The notes under the pieces: generated by a model | The model's input: only the letters and a program-made list of their open reading frames with translations | What the model was told of the DNA's origin: nothing | The model's database searches: none | Made by a program: the position numbers and the translations under genes | Source of the DNA: Spirochaetia bacterium | Lineage (GTDB): Bacteria > Spirochaetota > Spirochaetia > DSM-27196 > Salinispiraceae | DNA length: 44,719 nt | Direction: 5' to 3' | Assembly (NCBI GenBank): GCA_038204425.1 | Contig: JBBRCZ010000018.1 | Span: forward strand, 1-44,719 | Shown here: in pieces, positions 39,114 to 44,719 of the stretch | Numbering within the stretch: the stretch's first letter is position 1 | How the letters are laid out: every line of letters starts with the position of its first letter

Positions 39114-42028
39114 TAGTGCATTGCTCCCCAGCTCATGCCGCTTTCTATACTCACCTTTAACGGCACATCCAAGGTAATCGCACCAGTCATAGCTTCTTGC
39201 AGCAACACAGTTACGGCATCTTTTTCTTCTAGTGGAACTTCTAGTATTAGCTCGTCATGAACTTGCAATATCAGCTGTGCCTTGAGACCCGCTTTGGCGA
39301 GTGCCTTGTCAACGCGAATCATAGCGGTTTTGACAATGTCAGCCGCCGTGCCCTGTATTGGCGTGTTGACGGCAATTCTCTCAGCTGCTTGTTTTTCGTT
39401 GCGATTGCGACTGTTGATGCCAGCGACCGTCCTAAATCTGCCCAAAAGCGTGCTTACGCCGCCTGAGGTCTCGGCTGCCGTGACGGTCTTTTTGATAAAT
39501 TCTTTGATGCCGGAATAGGTTTGAAAGTAGGCGTCGATAAATGCTTGCGCCTGACGATTGGGAATGCCAAGCTCGCGTGATAATCTAAAGGCGCTCATGC
39601 CGTACATAACACCAAAGTTGATGGTTTTGGCGGCACGTCGCTGGGCTGGGTCAACCTCGCTTGCGTTCACGCCAAAAATCAAAGCTGCGGTGGCAGTATG
39701 GACGTCAACACCGCCTGTAAAGGCGGCTATTAGACCGGGGTCACGGGCATAATGGGCCAGTACTACCAGTTCTATCTGGCTATAGTCAGCACTCACAAAA
39801 CACATACCAGCAGCCGGAACAAAGGCGCTGCGAATGCGCCTTCCGTCTTCGTCTTTAATGGGGATGTTCTGTAGGTTGGGGTCCTTGCTGGACAAGCGGC
39901 CGGTTGCGGTACCGGTCTGCATAAAATGGGTATGCAATCGCTGGGTTTGCGAGTTGATGAGCAAGGGTAGGCTGTCAACGTAGGTCGACTTAAGCTTAGT
40001 TAAGCTGCGGTAGTCAAGAATTTTGGCAGGAACAGGATCTTCGGCGGCCAGTTCTTCTAACACTGAGGTGTCGGTCGAAAAACCAGTCTTGGTACGTTTG
40101 CTACCGGTCAACTTGCGCTCGACAAACAGTACTTGTTGCAGTTGTTTGGTACTGGCAATGTTAAAAGGGTGGCCAACCAAGCGGTGAATCTCTTGCTCGG
40201 TCTCGCGAATGCGGATGTCGAGTTCTAATGAGTATTGACGCAATCGTTGACCTTCCAAAAGTATGCCGCGCCATTCCATAGCAGCAAGGATGCTCACCAA
40301 AGGCATTTCCGTGCCAAAAAAGAGCTTCTCCAATTTCTGCTTTGCCAAGAGTGGCGCCAGTGCTTGCTGCAGGCGTAGTGTTACTTCGGCATCCTCGGCC
40401 GCGTAAACCGCCGCCTTGTCCAAGGGCAAGGTGCTAAAGCGCGGGGGGGCTTTTTTGCTTGCGGCCTTGCTTGGCGCGCTGTCAAAAGCAAAGTCCTCAC
40501 TAGTTACGGCTTCTTTAGCTGGCAGATCAGCAAAAAGTGAGGCAAAACTAATAGCTGTGTAGCCCAAGTACTTTTGAGCCAGATGATCCATGCCATACAG
40601 TCCCTCGTTGGTATCCAAGAGCCAAGCGGCTATCATAGTGTCAAACCAAGGCTCAGGTAGTTTAAAGCCAAAAGCCGTCAAGACTTGCCAATCAAACTTA
40701 AGGTTTTGCCCCACAAAACGCATCATGCGATCTTCTAAGAGTGGGCGTAAAAGCTCACGATAAGATTTTTCTGGCATTACGAGACCATCCGGGCCACGCA
40801 CAGGTATGTAGGCTGCCAAACCCACGGCAAAGCAGAGACTGATGCCGCATAAAGCATCGTTGTGGACATCTAAGCCTTGGGTTTCGGTGTCGATGCAGCA
40901 AACACCAGCCTCTCGGGCTTGCGAAACCCAACGTTTGATTTCGTCTTCACGGGTGACCAAAACAAAAGAATGTTGGCTGGGGTCATAGCTGGCTGGTCCA
41001 CTGTGTTCAATAGTGTTGGATTGCTTAGTGCTTTGGGCAATGCTGCCAGCACTATCGTTGCTATCATCTAAGCGTGGCGCGGCATTTGTTGCCGAATCCG
41101 TCTTCCAGAATGCAGCCATCTCGCTTGCAAGTTGGTTAATGTCAAATTTGCGTAACAATTGGGCTGCCGCCATGCCGTTAAAAGAGGCTACGTGGAAGCA
41201 TTGCCAGTCAATGCCATTGGCAGCCTCCTGGTCCCGGCAGGCCATCGGCATGGGCACGTCGTCCCGCAGTGTAACCAAGCTGCGCGACAAAATAGCGGCC
41301 TCTCGGCCTGCTGCCAGTTTTTCCCTAACGCCTTTGGCCTGTACTTGTTCGAGATTTTGGTAAATCTTGTCCATGGTCATAAAGTCGGCCAAAAGTTTGG
41401 CAGCAGTTTTTTCTCCTACGCCACTGACTCCTGGCACGTTGTCAGAAGCGTCGCCAAGTAGACTCAGGTAGTCCAGAATCTGTTCTGGCCAAACACCCTT
41501 GTCTTCAAAGACCTCTTGCCTGCCTACTTCGCTAAAGCCACCTTCGCGGCTTGGGCGCAAAATTGAGACGCCATCTCTTACCAATTGCAGCATATCTTTG
41601 TCGGCACTCACAATGACGCAAGGGCGTTGTTGCTCGGTGCATACGCGCGCGAGTGTGGCCATGAGATCGTCGGCCTCAAAGCCATTTACTCGTAGTAGTG
41701 GCAGGCCAAGTGCGACCATAATTTCTTCTACCCAAGGAAATTGGGCCTTGAGGTCATCGGGGGTTTCCTGACGATTGGCCTTGTACTGGGCATAGATCTC
41801 GTCTCTAAACGTAGCTGTGCGGCTGTCGAGTGCGACTGCCAAATAGTGTGGCTTATAAGTTTTGACCAAGCTCAAGAGTACCCTAAAAAAGCCAAAAACT
41901 GCCGAGGCATTGACACCGTCGCGCGTCTTAATTGGTGTGCGCATAAAAGCGTAATAAGCTCTAAAGATCAGACCGTAACCATCTATAACGTACAGTGGAT
42001 CGCTGCCACTGGAATTTTGTGCGTTCAT
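39113..42028 (-). CDS. polA: DNA polymerase I
   Basis: 5' nuclease motifs IDG..FRAYYA, YKANR, EADD and GDASDNVPGV. 3'-5' exonuclease motifs DTET, NLKFD and YAAED. Polymerase motifs TGRLSS, SADYSQIEL, AKTINFG and QVHDEL. Start ATG 42028 after GAGGGG. Confidence 0.97.
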   Translation of the reverse strand: MNAQNSSGSDPLYVIDGYGLIFRAYYAFMRTPIKTRDGVNASAVFGFFRVLLSLVKTYKPHYLAVALDSRTATFRDEIYAQYKANRQETPDDLKAQFPWVEEIMVALGLPLLRVNGFEADDLMATLARVCTEQQRPCVIVSADKDMLQLVRDGVSILRPSREGGFSEVGRQEVFEDKGVWPEQILDYLSLLGDASDNVPGVSGVGEKTAAKLLADFMTMDKIYQNLEQVQAKGVREKLAAGREAAILSRSLVTLRDDVPMPMACRDQEAANGIDWQCFHVASFNGMAAAQLLRKFDINQLASEMAAFWKTDSATNAAPRLDDSNDSAGSIAQSTKQSNTIEHSGPASYDPSQHSFVLVTREDEIKRWVSQAREAGVCCIDTETQGLDVHNDALCGISLCFAVGLAAYIPVRGPDGLVMPEKSYRELLRPLLEDRMMRFVGQNLKFDWQVLTAFGFKLPEPWFDTMIAAWLLDTNEGLYGMDHLAQKYLGYTAISFASLFADLPAKEAVTSEDFAFDSAPSKAASKKAPPRFSTLPLDKAAVYAAEDAEVTLRLQQALAPLLAKQKLEKLFFGTEMPLVSILAAMEWRGILLEGQRLRQYSLELDIRIRETEQEIHRLVGHPFNIASTKQLQQVLFVERKLTGSKRTKTGFSTDTSVLEELAAEDPVPAKILDYRSLTKLKSTYVDSLPLLINSQTQRLHTHFMQTGTATGRLSSKDPNLQNIPIKDEDGRRIRSAFVPAAGMCFVSADYSQIELVVLAHYARDPGLIAAFTGGVDVHTATAALIFGVNASEVDPAQRRAAKTINFGVMYGMSAFRLSRELGIPNRQAQAFIDAYFQTYSGIKEFIKKTVTAAETSGGVSTLLGRFRTVAGINSRNRNEKQAAERIAVNTPIQGTAADIVKTAMIRVDKALAKAGLKAQLILQVHDELILEVPLEEKDAVTVLLQEAMTGAITLDVPLKVSIESGMSWGAMH

Positions 42029-42078
42029 TACAAGCCCCTCGAGGCAGTAGCATAGCATGCAAACCTAGGCTTTGTGGC

Positions 42079-42108
42079 AAAAAAAACGCCCTCTTACTGA
42101 GGGCGTTT
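42079..42108 (-). terminator. Intrinsic terminator downstream of fucI
   Basis: Stem AAACGCCCTC / GAGGGCGTTT with a 5-nt loop and a U8 tract on the minus strand. Confidence 0.85.
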
Positions 42109-42147
42109 GGTCAACTATTAGTTCTATTGTCGCTTGCATGCTCCGCT

Positions 42148-43962
42148 CTAGGAGTAAAGTGGTCCGAGTGCTTGACAGGCACGATAGTCAGAACCTTCGC
42201 TGTCCATGCCCAGGGCGTTCCAGTAGCTTGGGCGGTAAACCTTGTCTTCGGCTACGTTGTGCATGCAAACCGGAATGCGCAAGATGCTGGCCAGGGTAAT
42301 CAAGTCGGCACCAATGTGACCGTAGCTAATTGAGCCATGGTTTGCCCCCCAGTTTGCCATTACCGAATAGACATCCTTAAATGCTCCCGCGCCGGTCAGG
42401 CGTGGCACAAACCATGTGGTGGGCCAAGTTGGGCTGGTGCGCAAGTCCAGCTTGTCGTGGACGTGTTCTGGCAAGCTGGCGGTGACGCCTTCGGCGATCT
42501 GTAGCACAGGGCCGACGCCCTTGACCAAGTTAAGTCGGCACATGGTGATGGGCATGCCACCGTCAGTCAAAAAGTCAGAACTGTAGCCACCACCTCGGAA
42601 GTAACCCAAGTCGGCATAGCGCCAGCTAGTGGCATCCAAGCAGTCTTTGGCTTCTTTGGCGCTGACCTGCCACCAAGGTTTGATGGCGGGCTTGCCGTCG
42701 ATGCGCTGCTTGCCTGTGCCGTCCATGGTAGTGGCACCAGAATTAATTAAGTGAATAAAGCCTGCCGATGCGGCACCCTCGGGTTTCCAACCAGTTACGC
42801 GTTGAACAGCCTCAGGGCTCCAGTAGGTGCGCACGTCGGAGAAGATTTGCGAGGTGCCGGTTAACAAATGACCAAAAAGCATCGAGACGCCGTTGAGAGC
42901 GTCATTTTCTGTGGCTACCACGTAGGGCTGGCGGATACCGTTCCAGTCAAAACTTGAGTTGAGCACGGTCTCGAGGTAGTCACCGTTGGGGTTGTGATCC
43001 GTCCAGTGACGTTGACCTTGGAAGCCAGCTACAATTGCATTGTGGCCCAAAGCCTCTTCACCTAACCCCTTGCGGCGCAAATCTGGGTTGCCAGTCATCA
43101 AGTCGCGCACGATGATTGCCATCTTAACGCTTGTGGCCCAAGCCTTGTCCTTTTGGGTGCGACTGTGTTGTACCTTGGGGTCGTTAATATCTGGACCCTC
43201 TTTGCAGTACTCTTTTGTCCATGCCAAGGCACGTTGGTACTCTGCTTCTGAGTAAATCTTTTCTTCGATGCGGCGTGTAATCTCGCTCATGTCGACAAAC
43301 TCATTGCGCATGCCAAGGTACGATTGGAAGAAGTCAGTGTCCACTATTGAGCCAGCAATGCCCATCGAAACGGCACCGATTGACAAGTAAGACTTGCCGC
43401 GCATGCTAGCTGCTGCGAGTCCAGCGCGCGCAAAGCGCAAAATCTTTTCGCTGACGTCTGATGGTATTTTGTCGGTGTCGCTTAAATCTTGCACATCTTG
43501 GCCGTAGATGCCAAAGGCTGGTAGGCCTTTTTGGCTGTGAGCTGCCAAAACAGCTGCCAAATACACCGCTCCGGGTCTGTCAGTGCCGTTGAAGCCCCAG
43601 ACAGCCTTAATGGTAAGTGGGTCCATGTCCATAGTCTCAGAACCGTAACACCAGCAAGGAGTTACGGTTAAGGTTACGCCAACATTCTCGCGTGCAAACT
43701 TGTCAGCGCAAGCTGCAGCTTCTGCAACGCCACCGATGGTGCTGTCGGCTATGACACATTCTACAGCTATGCCGTTGTGGTGCTTAAGATTTTCGCTGAT
43801 AAGTTTGGCGGCAGCCTTGGCCATGCCCATAGTGACGGTTTCTAATGATTCGCGAACGCCGCCGAGTCGACCGTCAATGGTTGGACGGATGCCAATTTTT
43901 GGTAGTGCACCAGCGTAGCGGTTGACTGGTTTTTGTACGGTAAACGGATCGTTTTGAGCCAT
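42148..43962 (-). CDS. fucI: L-fucose isomerase
   Basis: Motifs [57 protein letters not shown] and WGANH. SD AGGAG. Confidence 0.96.
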   Translation of the reverse strand: MAQNDPFTVQKPVNRYAGALPKIGIRPTIDGRLGGVRESLETVTMGMAKAAAKLISENLKHHNGIAVECVIADSTIGGVAEAAACADKFARENVGVTLTVTPCWCYGSETMDMDPLTIKAVWGFNGTDRPGAVYLAAVLAAHSQKGLPAFGIYGQDVQDLSDTDKIPSDVSEKILRFARAGLAAASMRGKSYLSIGAVSMGIAGSIVDTDFFQSYLGMRNEFVDMSEITRRIEEKIYSEAEYQRALAWTKEYCKEGPDINDPKVQHSRTQKDKAWATSVKMAIIVRDLMTGNPDLRRKGLGEEALGHNAIVAGFQGQRHWTDHNPNGDYLETVLNSSFDWNGIRQPYVVATENDALNGVSMLFGHLLTGTSQIFSDVRTYWSPEAVQRVTGWKPEGAASAGFIHLINSGATTMDGTGKQRIDGKPAIKPWWQVSAKEAKDCLDATSWRYADLGYFRGGGYSSDFLTDGGMPITMCRLNLVKGVGPVLQIAEGVTASLPEHVHDKLDLRTSPTWPTTWFVPRLTGAGAFKDVYSVMANWGANHGSISYGHIGADLITLASILRIPVCMHNVAEDKVYRPSYWNALGMDSEGSDYRACQALGPLYS

Positions 43963-44051
43963 AAGGGATCTCCTATAATTGTTATTAAGTGCTCATCGAC
44001 TAAAAGCGACGAACGATTGGTGGACTAGTTAATCCAGTCGATTGATTGGAT

Positions 44052-44483
44052 TCAGACCGGCGGAACACCTTTTTTTATAATGATGTTGCCATACTTAACT
44101 GTTTCGCCAGTTGTTACCACAGCATAGGCTTTTTTTGCTCGTTCGTAAAAAGCAAAGCGTTCTACGCGTTCTGTGGCGGCAGTGCCGGGCCAACGACGGT
44201 CGATGACGGCGCGGTAGGCGGTTTCCACAGCTGGGTCTAGTTGGTCACCTGGTACGGCAGCCATCATGGCAACTGGCTGGGCAACATAGGCATCAAGATT
44301 GATAAGCGCCAGAATGCCATCAAGCAAGGCTGGAATGCGATGACCGTCTGCGCGGATGACATTGTTATTAAAGGTATCAGCTGGAAAAAAGGCGTCAGCG
44401 AGCACAAGTTCGTCGCCATGTCCCATTTTGTACAGGACGGCAAGCAAGTCCGGGCTTAAAAGCGGGGATATTCCTATTAACAT
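44052..44483 (-). CDS. fucU: L-fucose mutarotase (RbsD/FucU family)
   Basis: Motifs MGHGDELVLADAFFP, ERFAFYERAK and TGE..YGNIIIKKGV. Adjacent to fucI. Confidence 0.92.
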   Translation of the reverse strand: MLIGISPLLSPDLLAVLYKMGHGDELVLADAFFPADTFNNNVIRADGHRIPALLDGILALINLDAYVAQPVAMMAAVPGDQLDPAVETAYRAVIDRRWPGTAATERVERFAFYERAKKAYAVVTTGETVKYGNIIIKKGVPPV

Positions 44484-44490
44484 GCTGCCT

Positions 44491-44520
44491 ATAATCGCTG
44501 GAGCAGGGCCTTTTTGTCAA
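44491..44520 (-). promoter_or_regulatory. Putative sigma70 promoter of fucU-fucI, leaderless geometry
   Basis: Minus strand reads TTGACA-18 nt-GATTAT-7 nt-ATG(44483), with no SD. Confidence 0.55.
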
Positions 44521-44719
44521 TGGAGCAGCAAGTAGCTGAAGTTTTTGCTTGAAGTTTTGCATTATGAAAGTTATAATGAGAAATGGTCGGTAAAGTTCCG
44601 ATCTTGTGTCGTGGATTCTTTTTGTTGCAGAAGTAGCCGATGATAATTATCTATCATGGTAGTTAAATCAGCAAAATCAAAACATGGCGCCAAGTTTTTA
44701 AGTTAAAGGAGAATCGTTT

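Noticed and set aside
43995..44052. Structured RNA between fucU and fucI
   Set aside because: Only short inverted repeats (ATCGACT/AGTCGAT and AATCCAGTC/GATTGGATT) are present; these fit an mRNA stability hairpin and match no family I recognise.
44638..44658. Fur box
   Set aside because: It resembles TGATAAT-N-ATTATCA but has an extra base and no iron-related gene is in view; kept only as an unassigned dyad.

Overview
Bacterial chromosomal window, probably from a free-living spirochaete. That assignment is inferred from the polA-coaE-SPOR gene order, an LFAC lipobox and a GHTA-type OmpA domain. Left to right: (1) an AT-richer, receptor-less CheR/CheB signalling cassette comprising a 5'-truncated PAS-GAF-HisKA-HATPase-3xREC hybrid kinase, CheR, and CheB fused in frame to a REC-histidine kinase; (2) an aldo/keto reductase, a PQQ-type sugar dehydrogenase, and leuCD with a divergent LysR; (3) a U32/RlhA-like protein, a P2-type ATPase, an SDR/TetR pair with a perfectly duplicated operator, a ZntA/CadA-type ATPase and a decayed MFS gene; (4) SRAP, pirin and an OmpA-like lipoprotein; (5) an FMN riboswitch with an extra hairpin, then ribD-ribE-ribBA-ribH and an uncalled 53-aa ORF; (6) an sdhAB-sucCD-sucAB operon with no sdhC/D or lpdA; (7) an acyltransferase, SPOR-coaE-polA and fucU-fucI. 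I saw no tRNA, rRNA, CRISPR array, transposase or integrase. Most of the window is housekeeping and I cannot claim a wholly new system. The best leads are the CheB-REC-HK fusion cassette, the anchor-less SdhAB operon, the variant FMN riboswitch, the beta-signal-like sORF after ribH, the clamp-binding motif on SRAP and repeated leaderless promoters. All family assignments come from motif recognition by eye; no searches were run.
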